From positions 22,076,249 through 22,140,248 of the forward strand of contig JAUZTB010000027.1 in the NCBI GenBank assembly GCA_034780895.1: DNA of 64,000 nt, given 5' to 3'. The notes under the pieces were generated by a model. The model worked only from the letters and a program-made list of their open reading frames with translations. It ran no database searches and was not told where the DNA came from. The first letter of the stretch is position 1; each line of letters opens with the position of its first letter. The DNA is from Rhynchobatus australiae (Eukaryota). Positions 38,850 through 50,399 of this stretch are shown here, in pieces. The position numbers and the translations under genes were made by a program.

Positions 38850-38945
38850 CGGTCCTATGAAGGGTCTCAGCCAAAACGTTGATTGTTCATTTCCCTCCAT
38901 AGATGCTGCCTGACCTGCTGAGTTCCTCCAGCATTTTGTATGTGA
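38850..38945 (+). mobile_element. Penelope-derived 3' end with mutated hammerhead core
   Basis: gtcctatgaagggtctcagccaaaacgttgattg...gatgctgcctgacctgctgagttcctccagca. Confidence 0.75.
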
Positions 38946-39409
38946 TTGGTATTGGTATTGGTTTATTGTTGTCACTTGTACCTAGGTACAATAAAAAACT
39001 TGTCTTGCATACCAATTGTACAGGTCAATTCATTACACAATACAGTTACATTGAGTTAGTACAGAGTGCATTGAGGTAGTACAGGTAAAAACTATAACAG
39101 TACAGAGTAAAGTGTCACACCTACTGAGAAAGTGCANNNNNNNNNNNNNNNNNNNNNNNNNNNNNNNNNNNNNNNNNNNNNNNNNNNNNNNNNNNNNNNN
39201 NNNNNNNNNNNNNNNNNNNNNNNNNNNNNNNNNNNNNNNNNNNNNNNNNNNNNNNNNNNNNNNNNNNNNNNNNNNATCAAGGACAGAGGGTGCTGCTAAC
39301 ATACAGGAACTCCACATTGCAAGCTTACGATCAGCACTGAAGTAATCATATAACACAAACCCCCAGAATGATACAGGCATTGTCTTGAGACCAAAGGTAT
39401 TTCATAGAG

Positions 39410-39750
39410 TCATAAAGACAATCACAGAGTCCATGCTGACCTTCAACACCATCGACACCAATCCTACATTAATCTGTTTTTTTAATTCTCCCCACATTCT
39501 CATCAGCTCCCCCAAGATTCTACCACTCACCTACACACTAGTGGCAACTTATGGTGTCCTAGTAACCGAACAACTCACGTGTCTTTGGGAGTTGAGAGGA
39601 AGCTGGAGCACCCAAGGGAAACCCACACAGTTACAGGGAGAACGAACAAACTTAACAGTACCCAAGGTTAGGATTGAACCCAGGTCTCTGGCACTGGGAG
39701 ACAGCAGCTCTATAAGCTGTGTCCCTGTGCCAGCCATTAGTTGTGCCACC
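39410..39750 (-). mobile_element. tRNA-derived V-SINE (HE1-like)
   Basis: Reverse complement: ...cagtgccagagacctgggttcaatcct (B box)...gttctccctgt.actgtgtgggtttcc (V-SINE core). Confidence 0.75.
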
Positions 39751-39754
39751 CATT

Positions 39755-40080
39755 TTTTGACTACCATTCTGTTTGTGTGTGGCTCCTGCTGTATCAGCAC
39801 TCAGTTGGTAGGGAACCCACTGGATATAAGTAGCCATGGACATAGAGGATAGTCTATGCTCCCCAGGATACACCGTGGCTGCGGTAAATGTCCAACAGAA
39901 CAGAATCATGTTGTGTTGTTGTGTAATAATCAAACACCAAATGGGCAGACCATCTCAGTGCTGATATTGCTTTTATCAAAAGTGTTATGAAAGGACTCCA
40001 GGTTTATTATAGCTTTCAAATTGTAAAGAAGCCATCGACACAATGAGGCACTTATTAAGTAGAAAGGAACATGAAGGTAC
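39755..40080 (-). mobile_element. Harbinger transposase relic
   Basis: CVDG...QHDSVL...CILGSIDYPLCPWLL...HTNRMVVK resemble IDG, HDS, LGDSAYPL.PWLL and H...R.VVE in the correct order. Confidence 0.55.
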
Positions 40081-40309
40081 AGTTGAATGCGGTTTAAGAG
40101 GAGACATCTATTTAACTGACCGTTGTAGTAGGAAGCCTGCCTTTGCTTTTCCCTCTTTCACTGTCTGCTTACTCCAGCTGGAAGTTTAGGCTCCAACAAC
40201 CTTGCAACTGTTGGCAGTGATGTTCTGGTTTGGCAGTCTGTGGGTCAACCAAGGCTTGGATGTCTTTCTATACGCCAAGGGTCAGAGACAAGCATTCATG
40301 TGCATTTTG

Positions 40310-40665
40310 GAGACACAACAGACTGCAGATGCTGGAATCTGGAGTAAAACCTCCCCACCTCCCTTACTTGATTCCCCTTTCGCACCTCCCTNNNNNNNNN
40401 NNNNNNNNNNNNNNNNNNNNNNNNNNNNNNNNNNNNNNNNNNNNNNNNNNNNNCCACTCTCCCCTCCAACATCTGCCTATCACCCCTCCTCACCTGGACC
40501 CACCTGTCACTTGCTAGCTCTTGTTCCACCCTCGCCTTTATTTACACTGGCAATTTCCCCTTTATCTTTCAGTCCAGATGAAGGGTCTTGACCTAAAACA
40601 TCGACTGTCTATTTCCCTCCACAGATGCTGCCTGACTCACTGAGTTCCTCCAGCATCTTGCTTTT
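40310..40665 (+). mobile_element. Penelope-derived non-autonomous element with degenerate hammerhead
   Basis: cagtccagatgaagggtcttgacctaaaacatcgactg; an inverted copy of the terminal sequence lies at 40315-40345. Confidence 0.7.
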
Positions 40666-40999
40666 CGAGCCACGTGCATTTTGTCTGCATTTCTTGAGAC
40701 AATAAGGCAGTTTTGACAGCATTCTTTAGGTTTTAATTGGATTGTGCACAGTGTGGTGACAGCAGTTAAATACGGGACACCAGGTAAGAACAGCAGATTT
40801 CCTTTCCTGAGGCCATGAGTAAAGCAGATGAGTTTTTATGTTAATCAGGTAGCTTCTTGATTACCATGACTGAGACTAGTTTTAATTCCAGATTTGCTTA
40901 ATTAATTAAATATAAATTTGCCAGCTGCAATAGTGGGATTCAAATGCATATATCTGGATCAACAGTCTCAAACTCTGGCAGCAAGTCTAATAACTTAAC

Positions 41000-41650
41000 C
41001 ACTGAGAGGACGGCTGTAAAATTAGATGAGTTCCAGCACAGTGTGCACCATTCCTCCACATTCAAGATGTGTCCATCTCTGCTTCTCAGAGGTGGATGAG
41101 CACGTACACTCATCAGATTTGGGAGGGAACAGCTGAATGTGGAGAGCTCACAAGTTATGGTATTGATTGAGTGCAGAGTGAAAGGCTTCACGCAAAAATG
41201 TGATGAGTGCAGATCTATGGAGGCAAATCAGCAGAAGGAGCCTGTGCTGGAACATAGAGTGCTGGTCAGATCTTGGGCATAGGCAGCAGCAGGTTGCATC
41301 ACAGATGAGGCCAAATTCTACCTGATGACTATATATTATTTTTAAAACTCTCCAGAAATTGATAACTTGATTCAACCATATCTTCAAGCATCATTCACAA
41401 GCTGAAGATTCAGTTTGCCAGGTGCAGTACTCCAGACCAGCTTGTACCAGAGACAGTGCCTCCAGTTGCTGTGGCTTTTGGAAGGTTTGCAGCTGAGTGG
41501 ATATACATTCCTACATCATCATCACCACACGGTCCACAATGCAGATAAAAGCCAAAGAATGCTGTCAAAACTGCCATGTTGTTTCTCAGAAAGGCAGACA
41601 AGATGCACCCAGTAAAACCTTGGCATATAGAAAAACACCAATGCATCAGC
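41000..41650 (-). mobile_element. Harbinger transposase relic
   Basis: AVLTAFFGFYLHCGPCGDDDVG resembles VL.AL.FYATGSFQ...GD..G; GLICDATCCCLCP resembles G.IDCTHV...AP; REAFHSALN resembles RKGFHS.N. Confidence 0.55.
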
Positions 41651-43206
41651 TGACTTCAGCCCAGCCCACAGACTGATGAGCTGCCGAGCCAGAACATCAC
41701 AGCCAACAGCTGCAAGGTTGTTGGAGCCTGAAGTTCCGACTAGAGTAAGCCAACAGTGGAATAGAGAGAAGCAAAGGCAGGCTTCCTACAACAACAGGAC
41801 AGCTCAGGAGATGTCACCTCTTAAACCACAATTCAACAGAGTATCGATGACAAAGATGGTGGAAAGCCACAGGCAGCAGACTGTTGTTACTGGTTAGTTC
41901 GAATGAGATGGAGACTGAGGGAAGTGCTGCACATCATTACAATGGTCATCACCTAAGGAAGACTGCTGAAAAGCTTTTAGAGACACAAGCCATAGATGAC
42001 CCAACTGAACACGTGTCAAAACCCCTGCTGGAGAACAAGAACACTACAATCCATAATGAACAGCAGCCAGTGTCAACCAGATCTGTTCACCAACCAAAAT
42101 ATTTTGCAAATTTTGTGCTGGAAATATGATGTATTTGTGTTGTTGGATTGGAAGCTGGTTTTGAAATTGAATGCTGAAAGTGTAAAGATTTATGTTACAA
42201 GGCAGTTTAAGTTGCATGGACACTAATGCCTGTAAATTTATTTGGTTTATTGTAATGCCAGGAGTTTAGATCTTGCTATATTGCATGTTGAAATCAGAAG
42301 CCTCAACACATATAAAAGGGTGCAGTCATGCAGTACTGCCTAGTGTCACTTCTTAGTACTACAACAGCTGGAAGCATCAGCAGTGAGGTTAAAGGTCAGA
42401 GGGTGTTGCCAAGATGGAGGATGACCACAATGAGATTGTGAGTATTACAGAAATTGTTTCATAACAACCTATAGAATGTGATAAAGATTTTTTTTGTATA
42501 AAAGAGTAAGCAACTGGCAGCAGCATAACACAATAGTAGTCACCAAAATAATTCAGCTCAGTTGATTTTCATGTACCAGATATAAGATTTGTATCAGTAA
42601 GGGTTGAAGCTGATACACTAAGCTGTTAACCAAAGACACATTTCAGCCCCATTGAGTTCTAGGGTGATAATATAGGATTAGATTAACTTTATACAAACTG
42701 AAGTACATAAACAAATTGCAATATGCCTGTTAAAGTATTTTTTAAAATGCAGATTCTGAAAAGCTGAAATAAAGACAAAAAGCGCTGGAAATACNNNNNN
42801 NNNCAGGCAGAGTTAATGTTTCAGAATGAAGATGCTTCTTCAGAACCATTTCCTGGTTCTTATGAAGGAATTTTTATGCGCAATATGCCTTGTTTCCTTT
42901 AAAATATTCCCACAACTACTGTAAGAAAACCAGATACATTAAAATTCAAATGTCCTGTGCCAAATAAGATCCTGTATTTCCAAGAAGCAAACATGAGAAT
43001 TGGATGCAGACTTATCAATCTTCTTTAAACTACTTAAAGTTAATCAAGCTTTCAGGCTTCAATAAGACAGCTGAGGATTTTGTTTTTGTCATCTTCCACC
43101 TTGCTGATACTGTGAATCACCATCAGGTCATAAATGGAACAAGGTAGTGGACTTCAATCCCATTGAGTACTCATTTATTTCCCATTTAAGAGGCAGAAGA
43201 GACTAC

Positions 43207-43353
43207 AGCAACAAACAATGTACTGGAGTAACTCAGTGGGCCGTGCAGGAGGGAGAAGTGGATGAAGAGTGGTGAAGGGGGGGCTGAGGGCAGTGTGGAA
43301 AGGGAGACAAAATGCATGACCCGCTGAGTTCCTCTAGCACATTGTTTGTTGCT
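43207..43353. repeat. Short element with about 40 bp terminal inverted repeats derived from the Penelope-type 3' end
   Basis: agcaacaaacaatgtactggagtaactcagtggg ... ccgctgagttcctctagcacattgtttgttgct. Confidence 0.8.
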
Positions 43354-43834
43354 CTTATTTCCTATTTAATGCTGATATTCAAAAAGAATCTCTAAATCAG
43401 TTCTGGCAATTGCAAATTATGATCTGTATGTTTACTTAATTTTGGAACAGAATTATATTAGCTGTATCTCAATTAATAACATCCATGAATTGTATCAGAA
43501 AGAAGAGGCATTAAACACTTATTCTCATTGCTTCCATGTCAGTTTTGGAAATTAAACAAGTAAATAAAGGTACTTATTTTATCATCAGAAGTTAATTTTC
43601 TTTTCCATTGTTCAAATGGTAGGCTATGGAATAGGAAATAGCAACAGGCTACAGGGTTCAATGAAGCATCAATGTGATTTATGTATTTACTGTTTGCACT
43701 GTTAATCATTGTGATATTTAGCACATGGTGCAGTTGCTCCTTTGTATTTTACATTAACTGTTTATATTGTCTTGTATAAAAATCCCTTTATTGGAGCCAA
43801 GTTTCCTGATTGCTTAGCGAAGTACAGACAGTAC

Positions 43835-44426
43835 CTAGCCAGAAGGCCTTGGGTTTGAATTTTTTTCAGAGCTGTATAGTTGACCTCTGCAGGTTATGAG
43901 CTGCAGCACTCCAAATGCCTGTGGCCAGCCAGCTGAGGAGAGCAAACTAAAATCAATCAAGTCTACAACTTCTGATCCCGATCCAGGAGCCACTGCTAGA
44001 AGGTATGTAGGCTGCGGAGGTGCAACTCCCCCTAAATGTAATGACCCCTGGCTTGGCCAGGCTATCTGCTCAATTTCTACACTCACACTTTAGTTGGTGT
44101 ATCAAAAGGACCATGGAGCCCAAGGAATTGAACACCAGCAAAAGTCAATGTCCACGAGTAGACAGAAGAGTCCCATTCTCCAAAGACATCTGGTAATCTT
44201 TACTCTTGGAATTTTCTGTTAAAGAAATGTTCCCCCGCCCCAGATTGTGTACAGTTGAATCATTGCCATTTATAAACACATTATATTTTAAGTGTGTATT
44301 GTCATAATAATTTCCATGATAACATAAGCAACACATTGAACACTTCTCAGCTACAGTACACTTGATATTTCACCATTACATAATCCTTTGTGGTGTCCCA
44401 CAGGTAGATCCTATGTCTCCTGCATC
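43835..44426 (-). mobile_element. Harbinger transposase relic
   Basis: RLPDVFGEWD resembles GFP.VIGAID; LGGVAPPQPTYLL resembles LGDSAYPLQPYLL; QAFGVLQ resembles RAFGVLK. Confidence 0.5.
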
Positions 44427-44939
44427 NNNNNNNNNNNNNNNNNNNNNNNNNNNNNNNNNNNNNNNNNNNNNNNNNNNNNNNNNNNNNNNNNNNNNNNNNN
44501 NNNNNNNNNNNNNNNNNNNNNNGAGCAGAATTATTCAGTTGTGTTGTGTCGTGTCCAGGTGTTTCTCCACTCATGTCAAAAAGAATTGAGGAAAAAAACA
44601 CGTACAAACAAACATCATCAAAAAGTTAAGGTGCTTAATTTCATATCAGATTCTGTAAAGAAAGTTGGAAAAGGGACCAAAATAAAAAGGGAAAAAACAT
44701 TTCTATTATTGGGGGGGGGGGAAAGAGTGTGGTCAGGAGCAATGTGGAATCCTTGAAAGCTGATAACTGAAAATGATAAGAAATTGTAAATGAGAATAAG
44801 GAAACAATGGACATGCTGAATTATTATCCTGTGCCAGTTGAAGTGGAGGAAGAGGATGGTGTGCTGGACATCTTGAGGAAACATGTTGAATCAAGGACAG
44901 GAATTCACTAAAATTAACTCAGCAAAATTATAGGTCTGA

Positions 44940-45465
44940 AGGAAAAGATGGTACTTGAAGTATTGTGTGCAATTCTGGTTGTCCAGCTCTAGGAAGGATG
45001 TCATTAAGCAGGAAAGTGTGCAGAAAAAATTCACAAAGATATTACCAGAACTGGAGGGCTTGAGTTATGGACTTTTCTTTCCTCTGGAGCATAGAAGGCT
45101 GAGGGGTGACCTTATAGAAGTATATAACATCGTGAGGGGTGTAGGTAGGGTGAATAGTTACAGTCTCTATCCCAGAGTACGGGAGTCTAAAACTAGAGGG
45201 TCTAGATCTATGGTGAGAGGGGAAAATTTTAAAGGGACCTGAGGGGGCAACTTTTTCATATGGGGTGGTGGGTATATGGAACAAGCTGCCAGAGGAAGCT
45301 ATAGAGGTGGGTACAAGTACAATGTTTAAAAGACATTTGGACAAGTACATGGATAGAAAAGGCCTGGAGAATACAGGCTAAGCACAGGCAAATGGGACTA
45401 GCTCTGACAGACGTCCTGGTCAGCACGGATGAGATGTTCCATGCTGTGTGACTCTGACTCTATTG
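44940..45465 (+). mobile_element. CR1 LINE 3' fragment
   Basis: YCVQFW...ESVQKKFTKILPELEGLSY...RRLRGDLIEVY; tail gactctgactct. Confidence 0.9.
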
Positions 45466-45589
45466 CTAGTTGCAGCACATTCATGAGGTGACTTGTGCAG
45501 GTGTGGATGGTACTGCATTAAGTCATTTCAGAATGTGCTAACTTTTCATTGGAAAATAATTGACTATCATGTTTGCTTGTATAACTTAA

Positions 45590-46921
45590 TTATGTCATAA
45601 CATAATTAGTAGGAGTCGGCTCCCTGGCTCCACCACTCATGGCTAATCTTCTATATCCTGTGCTGTTTTCCTGCACTATCCCTTGCCCCATGATTGCCTT
45701 AATATTCAAAAATCTATCAAATCATCTCTGACTGAGCCTCCACATTCCTCAAAATTGATAATTCCAAAAATTTGTCATCTTCTCAATGAAGAAATTTTTC
45801 CCCATTTCAGTCCTAAGAGACGTACCCTAAATTCTGAGGGTTCTAGATTCCTCAGCCAAGATAAACACATTTGTCTTGCATCAGCTTCTTAAGCTCTACG
45901 ATTCTCCTCATACAGCAAATTCACCATTCCAGGCTAGCAAATCTTCACTGCACTCCCCCTATGGTAAGTACAGTTTTTTTAGAAAAGGAGACCTAAACTG
46001 TACACAATACTCCAGACACCTTTGCTCCTGTATTCATATTTTAATAAAGGCCAATGTACCATTTGCCTTCCTAACTGCCTACTACATGTGCATGTTGGCT
46101 TTCAGTGAGAAGAACACCCAGGTTCTTTTGAATAAATTTCCCAGCTTTACCATATGAGAAATACTCTACTGTTTTGTGCACCAATGTATATGACTTCACA
46201 TTTTCCACATTATATCCCAACTGCTATGTGCTGGCTCACTCTATACTTGTTTATATCCCCTTGAAGGCTCTTTACATCCTCCTCTCTCCTCTCAATCCCA
46301 CAAAGTTTTAAATCATCAGCAAACTAGGAAATATGACACTTGGTCCAGATCGTCTATTGGGTGATGTAGATTGTTGAAAGCTGGGGCCCAATCACTGAAC
46401 CCCACTGCACCCCACAAATCACAGCCTGCCATCCTGAGGCTGATCCCTCCTATTCCCACTCTTTGCATCCTGTCTGTTAACCATTTCTCAATTTGTGTCC
46501 GATCTCCTGTGTTGGGCCTTGTCAAAAGCCATCTGAAAACCCAAGAACACAGCAGCCACTGATTTCCCCCAATCTGTTCTACTGTTTACATACTCATAGA
46601 GTCATACAGCATTGAAACAGGCCCTTTGGCCCAACTTGTCAATGCCAACCGTGGTCCCCACCAAGCTTGTCTTATTTGCCTGCAGTTGGCCCATGTCCCT
46701 CTAAATCCCTCTTATCCATGTACTTACCCAAAAGTCTTTTAAATGTTAGAACATGGAAAAACTACGGTACAACTCAGGCCCTTTGGCCCACAAAGCTGTG
46801 CTGAACATGTCCTTACCCTAGAAATTACTATGCTTACCCATAGCCCTCTATTTTATTTAGCTCCATGTACCTATCTAACAGTCTCTTGAAAGACCCTATC
46901 GTATCCACCTCCACCACCATT
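45590..46921 (-). mobile_element. Stacked CR1 fragments (an old copy plus two younger 3' ends)
   Basis: Minus-strand WLTDRMQRVGI and DDLDQ; CR1 3' ends at about 46597 and 46748. Confidence 0.8.
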
Positions 46922-47865
46922 NNNNNNNNNNNNNNNNNNNNNNNNNNNNNNNNNNNNNNNNNNNNNNNNNNNNNNNNNNNNNNNNNNNNNNNNNNNNNNN
47001 NNNNNNNNNNNNNNNNNNNNNCTAAAACATGTCAGGATCTCTAGTTGCCTGTGCTACCTGTGACCTTTTTGGTTCTGTACAGTTCTGGCCTGAAATGTAA
47101 ATTTTCAATAGGCAGTTGTCCAGCCCCCATGACCTGTGATAGTTTCCACTTCCCCTATCTCAACCAGAGACATAAACTGTCTGCACCTTCCAACATCTGG
47201 ATGGCTTGAAGGTCCTTCACCTCCTTGAGCAGAGGCCCAATCGACACAAGTGGCTCAGGGGAGACAGCTGCAGATGCTGGAACCTGGAGCAACTCAAATC
47301 GATTTTTGTAGGGCCTGAAGCAGGATATTGGCCAGAAACATTGACAATTCCTTCCCTTTCACTGCCCCCCGTGCCACAGATGTTGCTTGACCTACAGTTC
47401 CTGTGGCAGATTTGGGTGTTACAGAATTCACATGGGCCCAAGTTATACAGTATATCTGTTTGGAGGAGCTCTCCCTCATTTTTGCTGTGTTGACTGCATT
47501 AGGGTTGCTTTCTACAGAGCTTGAATATTGTAACTTTTGAGACCTTGCTTTCAGGTGGCCCATTTAGCTTCCCTTTTTGGATCTCCATTTTAAGGGATAG
47601 GCTAGTATCAAAACCCATTACAAGCCTGCAGTCTTGCCTATCTCAATTTCTACCACGCTAAGGATTCCAGTCCCCCAGTTGTTCAGTCTGTCATATTTGC
47701 TCCATGACATTCCACTTGAGCCATGAGTTCCCTTCGACTGTTGTTGACAGAGTACTTGACCTCTGTCAGATTATATCTGACATCTCTGCTGTTTCCCTCC
47801 TGGGCAGAGAGTTCCCCTAGCCCTTGCTTTCCACCTCACCACCCTCCATATTCAACAAACCATCT

Positions 47866-48330
47866 TTTATAGAACATAGAAAAGCTATAGCACAATTCAG
47901 GCCCTCTGGCCCACAAAGCTGTGCCGAACATGTCCCTAACCTAGAAATTACCAGACCGACCCATAGCCCTCTATTTTATTCAGCTCCACGTACCTATCTA
48001 ACAGTCTCTTGAAAGACCCTATCGTATCCGCCTCCACCACTGTTTCTGGCAGCCCATTCCACGCACTCACTACTCTCTGAGTAAAGAACTTTCCCCGGAC
48101 ATCTCCTCTATATCTACTCCCTCTATGGTAAGTACAGTTTTTTAGAAAAGGAGACCTAAACTGTACACAATACTCCAGACACCTTTGCTCCTGTATTCAT
48201 ATTTTAATAAATGAAATAATATTTTAATAAATAATTCATATTTTAATAACAATGTTATTAAACACTTCAAAGAATTCCAATGGATTAGTCAAACATGATT
48301 TCTCTTTGATAAATACACGCTGATTCTGCT
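47866..48330 (-). mobile_element. CR1 3' end and fragments partly duplicating 45955-46048 and 46748-46920
   Basis: Near-identical stretches visible by eye. Confidence 0.8.
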
Positions 48331-48724
48331 CATTTGCTTTATTCTTCCCAAAGCATTCTGTAATTACATTCACCACTGTTTATTCCATCCGTCACCTTGT
48401 GATCTTGGTCCTCCCTATCCTTGGCTGACCCACTATCTGAAACGGGAGATCTCACCAGACCCAGCCAACTTCCTGCGGTCACATTCACCTTTTGTGGCCA
48501 TCATTTCACATGCACTGGATTTATTTACATGCAGCTATACTACAGGAAACATCCTTCAGATTGGAAAACTGATTGTGTTGTTTGCTGATTTAAGGAAAAA
48601 AAGTACATATGATGGCAAGCAATTACAGATTGGTTAGCCCAATATTTACTGGGGAAGTATTAAAGTTAATGATGGAATGAACTTCTTGAAAATGTCAGTC
48701 TGTGGTTAGGGGCTCAGTTACTGT

Positions 48725-49380
48725 TGCCTTCAGCCAGGTTTCCATTTACAGCCTCCTCCGCTCTCTAGAAGGACATTTGGAGCTGGATGCTCATAAAAGG
48801 TAAATGTGATGGCAGGACTAGCACAGGAGCTAGTGAGGCATGGGCTGGGACCAGAGTGATTGGGCCCATTTTCTAAAGTTGGAAGTACAGATAGGGAGGA
48901 CCAGGATCTCAAAGACAGCACAAGCAGGAATCATCGTTTTTGAAGAAATCAGACAATGGATCAACAAGGATAGGAGCAGCAAATGAGATCTTGTAACAAG
49001 AATGTGCTAGTACCTTTCCACCTTTCGTAAAGTGGTCAAGTAGAAACAAATGTAACTGGGACCATTATCTCAGTGTTGGGAATACAAGAGACTGCAGATG
49101 CTGGTATCTGAAGCCTGATGTAGGGTTTTGACCCAAAACGTCAACAGTTCCTTTCCTCTTGTGCTGCTCGATTGCCTAAGTGTTGTTCTCCCAGTAAGCC
49201 AGGGCATGAGGAAATGGATCTTGTGGGCAGTAAAGCTTTCCATAGGCTGGAGAATACAAAGTAATTTGAATAGTTGAGGCAGGGATGTGATGGGACAGTT
49301 GACTGAGATGGGTAGTACTACAGGTGGATTTAAATGATCAGGCATGCAGCAGAAAGGGGCGTGGAAACAGGATATAGAGA
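48725..49380 (-). mobile_element. Decayed Gypsy integrase relic, interrupted by a short Penelope-type element at about 49075-49195
   Basis: DNGP motif near 49065 and GGGCKWKPG (Gypsy C-terminal KW.PG). Confidence 0.5.
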
Positions 49381-50399
49381 CTGGCTAGAATCTGGCTTAG
49401 TCAATGGTGAAAGGGGGTGCAGTGGTAAAAATACTTGATACTTTCACAGATACATTATTTTTTGTTGTAATCATTATTTCAAAGGTGTAGTAAATATATT
49501 ACCAACTACACTTGATCTGGATTCAGTCAGAACTGACTGATGCAGAGAATGGGACTGAGCTGAACACAGGAGAGGTTGTACTATTTAGCTGCAACACCAA
49601 AGGACCATCCAGCCAAGTAAGATCCTGAAGAGTTGAAACCCCAACTGAGGTCCAAGGAGAGCCCGTCTTTCAGTGGCTGGAGACACACGCCTGACCCAGA
49701 GCTAGCAAAGGCATGATAGAGTGAATGGCCTCCTTGTTCTGTATCATTTTATGAAACTAAATGAAGATAGTTGTGGCTGTTAGGAGGTAATCCGCAACCT
49801 TGGGATAATACAATGCAAGTTCCTTGGGCCTATTCCATCTGCTGCTGTTTAATCAATAACTTTCCTTCCATCTTAAGGTCAGCAATGAGGTTGTTAGTTG
49901 CCTAGTCACTGGTGTGGAACTCATTCTGAATTTTTCCAATAATGGAGCAGCTCATGCCAGTTTGGTGCAATATCTGATAAGTGACAAACTTTGGCTGACA
50001 TGTCAGAACTATAATGTGTGTGTAATGGAAGCATTCCTCACTTTGAGTTCAAGCTATGGAGAGTGTAAAGGGAGATATGAAAAGACGGTTGCTGGAACAT
50101 GTGCAACTAGTTTATTTAACTTTAAGTGTACACACATCATGCATATGTGTTACACATTTACAGACATAGCTTTCCCCTTTTTAAAATGTACACATTCATC
50201 ACAGTCAGATTTTCTGAGATGCTTTGATCTCATTAGCACAGAAGTCATTTATTTTACCTGATTCAGGAAGCACTTCTCTTTTCTCCCAGGCCCCCCATGA
50301 ACCAGCTTCTGGAATATATCCAAGATCACATAACACTTGTTTTGCTCTTGCAGAAATGAAGTGCTTTGTGTAGATTTTTTTATTTCCTAAATCTAAAGA

